The position numbers were made by a program, and so were the translations under genes. A model generated the notes under the pieces. It saw only the letters and a program-made list of their open reading frames with translations, made no database searches and was not told where the DNA came from. From Azolla caroliniana (Eukaryota > Plantae > Polypodiophyta), in assembly GCA_043228905.1 (NCBI GenBank), contig JBHGNT010000004.1, positions 6,696,001 through 6,760,000 of the forward strand: a DNA stretch of 64,000 nt, written 5' to 3'. Shown piece by piece: positions 12,400 to 24,793 of the stretch. Position 1 is the stretch's first letter. Each line of letters opens with the position of its first letter.

Positions 12400-14977
12400 C
12401 TTAGCCATTTCTTGGTGCTTCGATATTGACATTGGATTGAGAAATGATGATGAAGTAAGGTTGCAACTCCCCAATTCCTCACAAAATGCAACATTTTCCA
12501 TTAATGCCTTGCAAGCAAAAGCCTCATTTTCCTACACTACTAGAAAATTTAAGTTCCAAACCAACCATGAATGTTGTATGAGTGCTTATTGCAAAAAAGG
12601 GGCTATCATTATACCACTATAATATGTATCATTTAGGCCACATCTTCCAAGTCATATTAAAATGCTCCAAAAACAAGATACAAAGGTTTCCTTTTTTCTT
12701 GACTAATTCTACATGACATCTGGACTTCATAAGTGGATAGCAATTGTTCATAAGTCCATTCAAATTAAATGGACAACACACCCTCCCTTCGTTGTCGACC
12801 CCAGGAGGTGTCTCGTACTAACCATCACTGAAGGGCACCGTTTTTAGCTATAGGTACTTACATTAAATAGCCAGTCGAAAGGCGATGTAACTAGTCTCAT
12901 TTTCTTGAACCTAGAGACTGTACAAGGAGGCTTTGTTTATTTATGGTGCAATTGTGAGAAAGTAGATAAGTAGATGGCAAATGAAGAAGGGAAAGAGACC
13001 AAACTTAGTTTCACATAGACCAAAGATCACTCCACTAAATTTCATCACAAAAGAGAGTTGGTTCAAAGGTCAATGGCTTTTAGTGTTGCTTCAAGGAATT
13101 CAAGAAAACTTCTGACAACCTCCCTAGAAGAGGCCTTCAAGAATGCATAGACATGCTTGAAATACATCGTCAATATTATAACGAAGTAGCAAGCCTCTAT
13201 AAACATGTTCATTACGTGAAAAAGCAATGTAGGCTTCTCACAACATTTTATCCCCATTATTCAAAATTTTGAGGTGACCCATGGATGCTCACATTATCAA
13301 AAAATGCATTAACCAAGTACAACATGTTACTACCATACAACTAGGAGGGCCATAGACCGAATTTGGGAACATGATGATCTTATATGTTAGATGATGTTAT
13401 ATCATTCTCATGTGTAGTCACCATGCTCAATGCCTCCATCTAATATGAAACTTGTGTCAAGTAAACATTGTCTAAATTAGTAAATTACTGTAAGTTAAAA
13501 CCCAAAAGACAAAATGAAAATGATGCACAAGAATGACAGCTCAAAGTCAAATAGATAAAAAATAATATATGTGAATTAAAATGCAAAGATGACTAGATAA
13601 CTTGCAAGGTCTAGGGCTAGAGCACGTTGAAAGGTAAATGGAATGACTTTGAGAAAGTGAAGAAGGTGAAACAATAAAGGAAATGCTTGTGAACACTCCC
13701 TTGACAACTATGGGATAATGTAAACCTTGTGAAGAGGCAGATTCTCTTACCTGAACTTGTACTTGTAAATATAGTAACCATTTGGTTAAGTGTGTGTCCT
13801 CTTAAATGTGTCATATATTAAGTATGCTTCTATTGAGGTCAAAATCCAAATCAAACAAATAACATTTTTTCATGAAAAAATAGCATCAAGACAAATTGAA
13901 ACTATGTTCCAAACATTCAAAAAACAACAAACTCATAAACAAAAATAAGATTATTACGTCTTTCTCTATTTCATAACAAACTCATGTAAGGTCATTTGCC
14001 TACTTTTAGATATATGCATAGAAACAATCGCAGAATTTGCTTCTTGAATAATTCTACAAGCACCCATTAAAATTGATTTTACTTGCTTTGCTTTCTTTAG
14101 ACGCAAATAAGTTGTTGTCATGATCAAATTGAGCATGAGCTCACTAATCAACACTATGTTGCAATAGTTCCGGAATAATAGTATCTTCTTCCTTTCTGCT
14201 TTCATGCATATCTTGCATCTCAACAAACTTAGAATCTGAATTCTTATCCCATATGCAATTGGTTCATTGGTGTTGGAAGCTTGTGCTATAACTTCATCTA
14301 TCTCTTCAAGAGATTTTGAATAAGTTTTTTTTATTCATTTGCATCTGCATTTACACATCCCATGATTCAATCTACATTATATGCAGTCTCAAGCAATCTG
14401 CAATTGAATAAGAAAGCAACAAGACCATCAATGCATTGAACTTCCTTTTAAACAACTTCAACATCATTAATATGAAAGGATAGAATAATATCCGCCTTTC
14501 TATAGCAATTAAAAAGTATCTCATGCTTGATCTCATTCCCAACAATAACAACGAGATTGGTTGAATCTAGCAAATGTGCCGACATTCCAAAAGCTAAACC
14601 AATAGAACCTCTTCTCATACGTTTAGTTACATCCTCCAAACGAATCTTAACATAATCTAGACGAGGAATCGAAAACAGTTTGGTTTGGCCTTGTCCAAAC
14701 CAAATCGGTTAAGCCTTAACCAGTTTAGAAGTTTTCAAACTTGGGCCGAACCAGGACCTAAACTGGTAGTAACCGGTTTTGCTAAACCAATTAAGCCTTA
14801 ACTAGTTTGGGAACCGATTTGGCCCAAAACGATTCGCTTCAGCTTGAACCTTGCCAAACCAAGCTCAAACCAGTTTGGGAACCTCAAGCCGAAACCTAGC
14901 GGAGTCAAATCGCCAAACCATTTTAAAATGGTATAACAACTCGATATAGGCTTGATTCGAGCCGTTACCAACTTTTA
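12400..14977 (-). mobile_element. Decayed hAT-superfamily (ZNF862-like) DNA transposon remnant
   Basis: Minus-strand fragments RCKICMKAERKKILL and ISKSRQMTLHE resemble ZNF862-type transposase N-termini. AAACCG/AACCGGTT-like subterminal repeats cluster at 14670-14930. A candidate TIR TAAAAGTTGGTAACGG ends at 14977. The left boundary is uncertain. Confidence 0.4.
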
Positions 14978-15160
14978 ATCTGAACTATCATGATATGCCC
15001 AAAATTCTCTTATCAAATGCTATTTGTACCTCTTTTTCAAAGCTACAACAATTCCCATATCCATTGATTGCTTCCATGATGTGACATTTGCCGGGAAATT
15101 TTTTTTTACTTTAAGAGCATCACGCTCAAATGCTTCTGCATTATCAAGAGCATTATCAAG

Positions 15161-15478
15161 TGTTGAGAATAAAGCTCAACTTGGTCTAGTGTGTGAACTC
15201 ACCTTGAGAGTGAATAGACACTCCAACAGTCAAGAGTCGGCATTATGTCACCACTTTGTATTCTAGCATTTAGTGTGAGTCATAGAATCATATTCTATGA
15301 CACATAACTTATGAGCTTTCACATTCCCCATGCTCCATGAGTCTTGTAGTTAATGAAGAGAGAGGGTGACTACATAAAGCACCCTCCTCCCACCTTGTAT
15401 CATGTCGTGTCTTTCTCCTTTGTTAATATACTAAACCTTGCGTATACTCTCTCTGTGTGTGTGTGTGTGTGTGTGTGT
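15161..15478 (+). repeat. 5' LTR of outer copia, with U5 and PBS deleted
   Basis: Matches 39921-40306 up to the (TG)n tract, then joins directly to TTGGTAGCTCGAT, the sequence that follows the PBS in the sister copy. Confidence 0.9.
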
Positions 15479-15622
15479 TTGGTAGCTCGATCTAGCCCAT
15501 TCGCCTCATCGTGATCGTGTGTTGTGCTCTATGCCGATGACCAAGAACCGGCTCATAACTATCGTAGCTTCGCTACATAGCTCGCATTCGAAGAGAGAAG
15601 AAGAACAAGAAGAATCGACATA

Positions 15623-18600
15623 ATGAATACTCAAATGGGGAGCACTCTCCCTACCGAGAAGTTGGATCGAAACAACTTCGCATCTTGGGAGTACAAGATG
15701 CACCAATACCTTGTCGGACAAGGCTATTGGAGCTACATCAAAGGAGCGCATGAAGACCGACCCGCCGAAGCGGCTCCTGGATACGCGACATGGGAACAAG
15801 CCGCAAGCCGCGTGATGTATTGTTTGGCAACATGTGTTCACGACCACATGCTCGGTTACATTCGAGAAGCCAAGACGCCGAAGGAAGCGTGGGAAAATCT
15901 ACGAAAGATTTTCGTCGCCAACACAACCGCGAGGAAGCTTCAACTCCGCCAAGAGTTGAACAACATTCCACAAAGGGACATGTCCATCACGACATACACC
16001 TTCAAGATCAAGGAGCTTTGCGACTCACTCGGCTCAATAAGCGTAAGTATAGATGATGATGAGATGGTGCAAATATGTCTCGGCGGCCTCGCACCACGGT
16101 TCGGCGCGATGCGAACCGCCATTCTAGCATGGGAGAAATCTCCCTCCTTCTTCGAGCTCCAATCAATGCTATTGGTCGAAGAAAGCCACGTGCGTACAAG
16201 GAGCAATGAGTCGGAAGGCCACATGCTCTACACGCACTCTAATGGAGGAAGAGGACGCGGACGAGCAAGAGGCCGATTCGGCCAAGGACAAGGCGGATGA
16301 GGTCCGACCTACGACAACAACTCCCAATTTCAGCCGCAAAATGGAGGCCAACGAGGAACCTTCGCAAGAAGGGGGAGCTTCCAATCCGGCCCGAGCCGTC
16401 AAAATGCAACCGAATGCGGATATTGCGGAAAGCTCGGTCACCACGAAGAAGAGTGCCGAAAGAAGATGTGTGAATCGGCTTCCACAAGCCGACAACTCAC
16501 GAATTACGCACACAACTCCGACTACGAAGATCGTGGCGGAATGTATGCACACAACTCCGACCGTGACGAAATGTACGGGCACAACTCCGACTACGAAGAT
16601 CGTGGCGGAATGTATGCGCACAACTCCGACCGTGGCGGAATGTTCATGATGGAACATAGAGCAAACTCTATGTCGGCCGCTACCTCAACTAGTGCCTTCG
16701 GTCTGGAAGACGTATGGTTCGTCGATTCCGGTGCCTCGAACCATATGACATCGCATCAAGAATGGTTCCGAGAACTTTGAGAGCCGGAGCGACCCGGTTA
16801 TGTCGAAACCGGAGATGACACTACGCACCCGATTCGGCACATCGGCAATGTTCCGTTCGGAAAAGAAAGTAAGCAAAATTACATTAAAAATGTCTTGCAT
16901 GTACCGACCATTACGAAAAATTTGGTCTTCGTCAGCCAAATTGTAGAGCAAGGGATGCAAGTTCGATTTAATCAAGGCGGTTGCTTCATCGAAAAAGAGG
17001 GCCGAATGTTCATTCTTGAACCACACGAGATGAAATCGGCCATGTTCGCAAAGGGCATGAAAGCCGACTCCGACATAGAGTTGTGGCACAAGCGAATCGG
17101 CCACATCAATCTCAACAAACTCAAAGCAATGTAATCGAAAGGAGTCGTCATCGGACTCCCGACATTCAAAGAAAAGGAGATTGAAGGTGTATGCGAAGCG
17201 TGCCAATTCGGCAAGTAACACTGACACCCATTCCGTAAAGAGCGGAATGTGAGCAAAGGTCTACTCGACGTAGTCCATTCTGACGTATGGGGACCGGCGC
17301 AGATGGCTACATTCGGCGGATGCCGATATTACGTGCTCTTCATCGACCACTTCTCTAGGCACACTTGGATCTACCCGATGCGGCAAAAGAGCGAAGTGTT
17401 CGACCACTTCCAAAATTTCAAGAATGAAGTTGAGAAAGCCACGGGCTGACATGTACGATGCCTTCGATCGGATGGCGGCAAGGAGTACTTGAACGATTTC
17501 ACGGCGTATCTCCAAAAGGAAGGAATTCGGCGAGAATTCACTTGCCGACACACTCTGCAACAAAACGGAGTAGCCGAGCGCAAAAATCGGCACATCCTCG
17601 AAGTAGTGCGGGCCATGATGAACGAGAAGCATATGCCCAAGTCATATTGGGCCAAAGCTGCAAATACGGCCGTCTACCTAATGAACCGGTGCACAACATC
17701 CGGCGTGCACGAGGTTACTCCGCACGAAAAATACTTCGGAAAGAAGCCGGACTTATTGCACATCCGGATATTCGGCGTGATAGCGTACGTCCACATCCCC
17801 AACGAGAAGCGTCAAAAGCTTGACCCGAAGTCCGAGAAATGTATCCTCATAGGATACTCATTGGAGCAAAAGGGGTACAAGTGCTACAACCCCTCAACTC
17901 GAAAATCTCGAGTAAGTCGAGACGTCGTTTTTGACGAGTCCACATCCTGGTACGCACCAGAGACAACTCCAACTCCGACACCGCTCGACCCAGAATTCAC
18001 CGAACAAGAGATCGAGGATGAAGATCGCCTTATGCGCATATTCGAAGAAAGTTCGATCATGACCCGACTAAGCGGACCACGAGAGCCTTTGAGCGATCAA
18101 AGCACATCACGGCCTAGCCCGAAGATGGACAAAGGCAAGGCGAAAATGGCTGAATATGAAGACGATCTCTTTGACGACGATGAATCGACTCACTCACTCG
18201 ATATGAATCGACAATGAATATGAGTTCGGCGGTTTCGAGGTACCAATCGGAGCTAAGAAAGCCCTCATCTCTACAAATGAAAAGCTCCGCCGATCCACTC
18301 GTGAAAAGAACCTCGTAAGCCGATTCGGCTACAACGATTATATGGTGTACCATTACGCCTTTATGATGAAGGTAGCAACAGTACGGGAGCCGGAAACCTT
18401 TTCAGAAGCCGCGAAGGACCCGCGATGGATCGAAGCAATGAACGAGGAGATGCAGGCACTACGGAAGAACGAGACGTGGGATCTCGTTCCCACCTCACCA
18501 CACAAAAAGGTGATCGGATGCAGATGGATCTACAAAGTGAAGTATAACACTGATGGCTCCGTAAACCGCTACAAAGCTCAACTTGTAGCGAAAGGATACG

Positions 18601-19319
18601 CTCAGACGCATGGTGTTGACTACGAAGAGACCTTTGCCCCGGTGGAAAAGATGACGACGGTGCGGACCGTAATTGCGATTGCCGCGGCAAAAGGGTGGCA
18701 CCTCCATCAAATGGACGTCAAGAACGCCTTTCTACAAGACGAATTAGAAGAGGAGGTGTACATGATCCAACCACCCGGCTTCAACTCGAGCACCCATCCG
18801 AAGGCTGTTTGCCGACTCAAGAAGCCATTCTACGGCCTCAAGCAAGCACCGCGTCCTTGGCATTCGAAGATAACGCAATATCTTCATCAAATCGGTTTTC
18901 GTATGTCAAAATCGGACAACTCCCTCTACATACGAAGCGATTCCACAAGTCCGATTGTCATCATGTTATATGTGGATGACCTAGTCATTGGAGGTGAGCA
19001 TCTCGTCGAAATCAATAAAGTCAAATCCCTCCTTTCCGACAAGTTCGAGATGACGGACATGAAGGAGCTCCACTACTTCCTCGGCATCGAGGTAATTCGA
19101 ACTCCGACCGGAATCATGATCTCTCAACGGCACTACATCCTCAACTTGTTATACAGGTTCGGGATGGCTGAGTGCAAATCCGCAACAACCTCGCTGGATC
19201 GCAATCTGAAACTAGATGCGAACTCCGGCACCAAAGCGTGTGAGCCAACTCAGTATCGGCAACTCATCGGGAGTCTCATCTACCTCACGATCACACGACC
19301 TGATCTCAGTTATCCGGTC
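15623..19319 (+). pseudogene. Copia gag-PR-IN-RT polyprotein, left part (disrupted)
   Basis: ORF pieces 15623-16300, 16466-16780, 16895-17134, 17249-17449, 17489-18217 and 18342-19319 carry the copia motifs in order. Confidence 0.93.
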
Positions 19320-19326
19320 GATACCA

Positions 19327-19713
19327 TGTAAAGAATCAAGAGATGGATTCTTGTGAAGCGGAAGAGATGTGAGTTGTGTGTGTGTGTAAGAGAGAGTGAG
19401 AGAGAGAGAGAGAGAGAAACACAGAGAATACGCAAGGTAAGAGTATATTGACAAAGGAGAAAGACTCAACATATTACAAGGTGGGAGGAGGGTGCTTTAT
19501 GCAGTCACCCTCTCTCTTCATTAACTACAAGCCTCATGGAGCATGGGGAATGTGAAAGCTCATAAGTTATGTGTCATAGAATATGATTCTATGACTCATA
19601 CTAAATGCTAGAATACAAAGTGGTGACATAATGTTGACTCTTGACCGTTGGAGTGTCTCTTCACTCTCAAGGTGAGTTCACACACTAGACCAAGTTGAGC
19701 TTGATTCTCAACA
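19327..19713 (-). repeat. 3' LTR of inner copia
   Basis: Reverse complement of the outer LTR family, TG...CA, preceded on the minus strand by the PPT. Confidence 0.95.
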
Positions 19714-19834
19714 CGCCCCCTCAAGCTCAAGTCGGGTCGGTTTCAGACGGTATCCGAAATCCACTTCAACTCGCGTTCTGGAGTCCGCGTCGACTCGGGT
19801 CGACTCGCATGTATGCGGAGTTGCGGAATCCGTG

Positions 19835-19965
19835 CTCCAGCTTGCGTTGTGCGTAGTTACGAAGTCTGTGCTTCGGCTTGCGTGCGTAGTTGCGAAGTCT
19901 GTGCTTCAGCTTGCGTGCGTAGTTGCGAAGTCTGTGCTTCGGCTTGCGTGGTTGCGGAATCCACA
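19835..19965 (-). repeat. 33-bp tandem repeat in the copia 3' UTR
   Basis: About 3.5 copies of CTTGCGTGCGTAGTTGCGAAGTCTGTGCTTCGG. A related, shorter array lies at about 39730-39810 in the outer copy. Confidence 0.85.
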
Positions 19966-19967
19966 CG

Positions 19968-22900
19968 TTATTGCGTAGTGTCTTTAGTACTCCCCCTCAA
20001 GCTTGGCAGATCAGGGATCGTCAATCCGAGATCGGTCATGAATTTCCATAGCTTGTCGGCGCCTAAGGCTTTAGTGAAGATGTCGGCCGTTTGAAGATTG
20101 GTGCTTATGTGTTGTAGGTCGATATCGCCAGCTAGAACGCGCTCTCGGATGAAGTGATAGTGCACTTCGATGTGCTTTGTCCATGCGTGGAACACCGGGT
20201 TCTGAGCCAGATAAATACTTCTCATGTTGTCGCAGTAAAGGGGAGTCGGATCCTTGATGGGAACGCCCAAATCCTTCAAAATCCTCTTAAGCCATACGGC
20301 TTCACATGCAGCTACGGTTGCGCCCCTATATTCTGCCTCCGTACTCGAGAGAGCGACGGTAGGCTGCTTCTTGCTACTCCAGGATATTGCTCCACTGCCG
20401 AGGGAGAAAACAAATCCGGAGGTTGATCTTCTATCGGCTTTGTAGCCGGCCCAATCGGCATCTGTGTACCCCTCGAGTCATATTGGCATTTCGGTCTTGT
20501 AGAGGATGCCGCAATCCATTGTGCCGCTCACGTATCGTCGAACTCTCTTAGCGCAATCCAAGTGAGTATCACGCGGTGTTTGCATGAATTGACTAAGGAG
20601 ACCGACCGGATAACTAAGATTGGGTCGAGTGATCGTGAGGTAGATGAGACTCCCGATGAGTTGACGATACTGAGTCAGCTCACACGCTTTGGTGCCGGAG
20701 TTCGCATCTAGTTTGAGATTACGATCGAGCGGGGTTGCCACGGATTTGCACTCAGCCATCCTAAACTTGTACAGTAAGTTGAGGATGTAGTGATGTTGAG
20801 AAATCATGATTCCGGCTGGAGTCCGAATTACCTCGATGCCGAGGAAGTAGTGGAGCTCCTTCATGTCCGTCATCTCGAACTTGTCGGAAAGGAGGGATTT
20901 GACCTTAGTGATTTCGACGAGATGCTCACCTCCAATGACTAGGTCATCCACATATAAGATGATGACGATCAGACTTGCGGAATCGCTTCGTATGTAGAGG
21001 GAGTTGTCCGATTTGGACATACGGAAGCCGATTTGATGAAGATATTGTGTTATCTTCGAATGCCAGGCACGCGGTGCTTGCCTTAGGCCGTAGAGTGGCT
21101 TCTTGAGTCGGCATACGGCTTTTGGATGAGTGCTCGAGTTGAAGCCGGGTGGTTGGATCATGTACACCTCCTCTTCTAATTTGCCTTGTAGAAAGGCATT
21201 CTTGACGTCCCTTTGATGGAGGTGCCACCCTTTCGCCGCGGCAAGCGCAATTACAGTCCGCACCGTTGTCATCTTTGCCACCGGGGCAAAGGTCTCTTCG
21301 TAGTTGACGCCATGTGTCTGAGTGTATCCTTTCCCTACGAGTCGAGCTTTGTAGCGGTTGACGGAAACGTCCGCGTTGTACTTCACTTTGTAGATCCATC
21401 TGCATCCGATCGCCTTTTTGTGTGGTGAGGTGGGAACGAGATCCCATGTCTCGTTCTTCCGTAATGCCTCCATCTCATCGCTCATTGCTTCGATCCATCG
21501 CGGGTCCTTCGCAACTTCCGAAAAGGTTTCCGGCTCCCGTACTGTTGCTACCTTCATCATAAAGGCGTAATGGTACGCCATGTAATCGTTGTAGCCGAAT
21601 CGACTTACGGGGTTCTTTTCACAAGTGGATCGGCGGAGCTTTTCATTTGCAGAGATGAGGGCTTTCTTTGCTCCGATTGGTACCTCAAAACCGCTAAACT
21701 CACTGTCGAGTGAGTGAGTTGACTCATCGTCGGTGAAGCGATCGTCTTCGTATTCCGTCATTTTCGCCTTGCCTTTGTCCATCTTCGGGCTAGGCCGTGA
21801 TGTGCTTTGATCGCTCAAAGGCTCTTGTGGTCCGCTTAGTCGGGTCGTGATCGGACTTTCTTTGAACATGCCCGTAGAATGATCTTCATCCTCTATCTCT
21901 TGTTCAGCGGATTCTGGGTCGAGTGGAGTCGGAGTCAGAGTTGTCTCTGGTGCGTACCAGGATGCGGACTCGTCAAAGACGACGTCTCGACTTACCCAAG
22001 ATTTTCGAGTTGAGGGGTTGTAGCACTTGTACCCCTTTTGCTCTAGTGAGTATCCTACGAGGATACATTTCTCCGACTTCGGATCGAGCTTTTCACGCTT
22101 CTCGTCGGGGATGTGCACGTACGCAATGGAGCCGAATATCCGAACATGTGATAGGTTTGGCTTCTTTCCGAAGAATTTTTCGTGCGGAGTGACCTCGTGC
22201 ACGCCAGATGTTGTGCACCGGTTCATTAGGTAGACGGCCGTATTTGCCACTTCGGCCCAATATGACTTGGGCATATGCTTCTCGTTCATCATGCCCCGTG
22301 CTACTTTGAGGATATGCTGATTTTTGCGCTCGGCTACTCCGTTTTGTTGCGGAGTGTGTCAGCAAGTGAATTCTCGCCGAATTCCTTCCTTTCGGAGATA
22401 CGCCGTGAAATCATCCGAGAAGTACTCCTTGCCGCCATCCGATCGAAGGCATCGTACATGTCGGCCCGTGGCTTTCTCGACCTCATTCTTGAACTTTTGG
22501 AAGTGTCCGAACACTTCGCTTTGTTGCCGCATCGGATAGATCCAAGTGTGCCTAGAAACGTCGTCGATGAAGAGCACGTAATATCGGCATCCGCCGAATG
22601 TCGCCGTTTGGGCCAGACCCCATACATCGGAATGAATTACGTCGAGTACGCCTTTGCTCACATTTCGCTCCTTCGGGAATGGGTGTCGATGTTGCTTGCC
22701 GAATTGGCACGCTTCGCATACACCTTCAATCTCCTTCTCTTTGAATGTCGGGAGTCCGATAACGACTCCTTTCAATTTCATTGCTTTGAGTTTGTTGAGA
22801 TTGATGTGGCCGATTCGCTTCTGCCATAGCTCTATGTCGGAGTCGGCTTTCGTGCTTTTCGCGAACATGGCGGATTTAATCTCGTGCGAATCGAGAATGA

Positions 22901-23098
22901 AAATCTGACCCTCTCTTCTTCCGCGTGCAATGATTCGGCCTTCTTTTTCGATGAAGCACCCTTCTTGGTCGAATCGTACTTGCATCCCTTGCTCAATCAT
23001 TTGGCCGACCGAGACCAAATTCTTTGTGATGGTGGGAACATGCAAGACATTTTTAATGTATGTTTGCTTACCTCTTTCGCCGAACAGAACATTGCCGA
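19968..23098 (-). pseudogene. Copia PR-end/IN/RT/RNase H of the inner element (disrupted)
   Basis: ORFs 22359-23114, 20478-22292 (604 aa, YVDD) and 19968-20279 (QTADIFTK). Confidence 0.93.
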
Positions 23099-23532
23099 TG
23101 TCATGATATGGCAAGACTCGAACCCATGACCTTATACTACATGGGTCGAGCTCTTGACCATTAAACTATACATTGTAATACATAGAATATTATTTTCATT
23201 TATGTTTTATTATAGAAAATTGATGTATATTCTAGATTTCTCTGGAACATTCTAGAAACTTCAGGAGTATTCCTTAGAACACTATAAAAGGAGGCACAAG
23301 GCATTATTTCGAACCAAATCGGTTCAACGCCAGTCTTAAGCCTCCTAGCTACTGTACATTTTCTTCACATAATATATATATTTTCTTATCATCATTCTCT
23401 CTCTCTCTCTCGATCTCTCTCTCCCTCCCTCTCACTCACTCTTTCCTTCTCTCGAGAGTTCTTCACCTCTCTTAGTACTAATACTTCTTTTAGTACTAAT
23501 TCCTTCTCTGTCTTAGTACTGTTCCTGACAGT

Positions 23533-23545
23533 TTGAACCGATTTG
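23533..23545 (+). promoter_or_regulatory. Self-priming site complementary to the element's predicted transcript 5' end
   Basis: TTGAACCGATTTG is the exact reverse complement of CAAATCGGTTCAA at 23315-23327, about 30 nt downstream of TATAAAA (23283-23289). There is no TGG-type tRNA PBS. Confidence 0.88.
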
Positions 23546-24741
23546 CTACCTTCTGTCTCTCTCATTTCCTACTAATCTCTTATTCCTCTTTTCTTTCAGT
23601 CCATGGCCACTGTTAGCACTGAAGAATATCAATCTGTTTTCTCAGAATTTCAATGCTTCAAAGAGAAGTTCCATGCTTTGGAACAAGAAAACCAACGGTT
23701 GCTGGGGGATCTTCAGTAAATCTCCTTAGAAAAGTAGCAAACGCAACAACAGCATGGGGAACTTGCGTTACGCGTGCAACAACTCGAAGCAACCATCATA
23801 GCGATGCAACAACAAGGGCCCGGAACACAAGGGATTCATAAAGAACCCAAGATTGGCCTTCCCACGAAGTTTGATGGAACGTGATCGCAGTTTAGAGGGT
23901 TCCTTAACCAGGTACGATTAGTTATTCAAATGCATCCTTCCCGGTATCCCACCAATGCATCACGAGTGGGTTTAGTAGGCACTTTGTTAAGTGGCTCAGC
24001 GTTGGCATGGTTCGCTCCACTATTAGAAAAGGAATCCCCGTTACTCAACAATTTTGAAGAGTTTCTAGGTGAGTTTAAAGCATGTTTCGGAGATACTGAT
24101 AGCATCAGGACCGCAATCAACAAAATTTGGCGATTACGCCAAGGTGACCGTCCAGCCTCCGCATATGCTGTAGATTTTCGCCTACTCGCCGCTGATATCC
24201 CTTGGGATGATCAAGCGTTGATGGAGCAATTCCATTATGGTTTACGCAACAACGTCAAGGATTTACTCTTGACCTTCCCCGAAGAGCCAAAGTCCTTAAC
24301 AGAAGAAATCAGTCGCGCGGTGAGATGTGACAACCGCCTCTTTGAGCGACGTTCGGAACGACAACTACAGATGCCGAGGGCAAGATCAGAGCCCACCTAC
24401 GCCTCAGTGGTAGCAAGACCTTTTCCGAGGGAGTCATATAATGCGCCTCCAGCGAATACTCCGACTCTGATGGAGATTGACACTACACGTCGTCGAGGCC
24501 CATTATCCGAAGAAGAAAAGCAGTGACGCCGTACAAATCGACTATGTCTTTACTGCGGTGGACCAGGACATATTGCAATAAATTGCCCCCATAGGCCAAG
24601 AAGACAGGTAAACCAAATAGTCGCTAGTTCTAATTGTACTAAACCCGAGCCTATTTCAGTAGGGATATCTGATAGTCCTAATAGTACTAATAGCCCAGAT
24701 CTAGCAAACAGATTTGATGTCCTTAGTCAGTTAGAAGAAGA

Positions 24742-24793
24742 GTTAAACAACTAAGTCCAGCCAAAATAGGAGCCGTTTGGTTGGACAGCCCTA
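24742..24793 (+). promoter_or_regulatory. Putative -1 ribosomal frameshift signal (gag to pol)
   Basis: G-TTA-AAC just before the gag stop, a 6-nt spacer, then stem GTCCAGCCAAA/TTTGGTTGGAC, whose loop TAGGAGC can pair with GCCCTA. pol is in the -1 frame and open from the heptamer. Confidence 0.72.

Noticed and set aside
12775-12900. GC-richer island with small hairpins, CTGAAG and CGAAAG, suggesting a hammerhead ribozyme
   Set aside because: The CUGAnGA core and three-helix pairing could not be assembled. An Infernal search would be needed.
19835-19965. 33-bp repeats resembling a CRISPR array (also 16500-16650)
   Set aside because: Head-to-tail repeats without unique spacers, inside a eukaryotic retrotransposon, with no cas genes.
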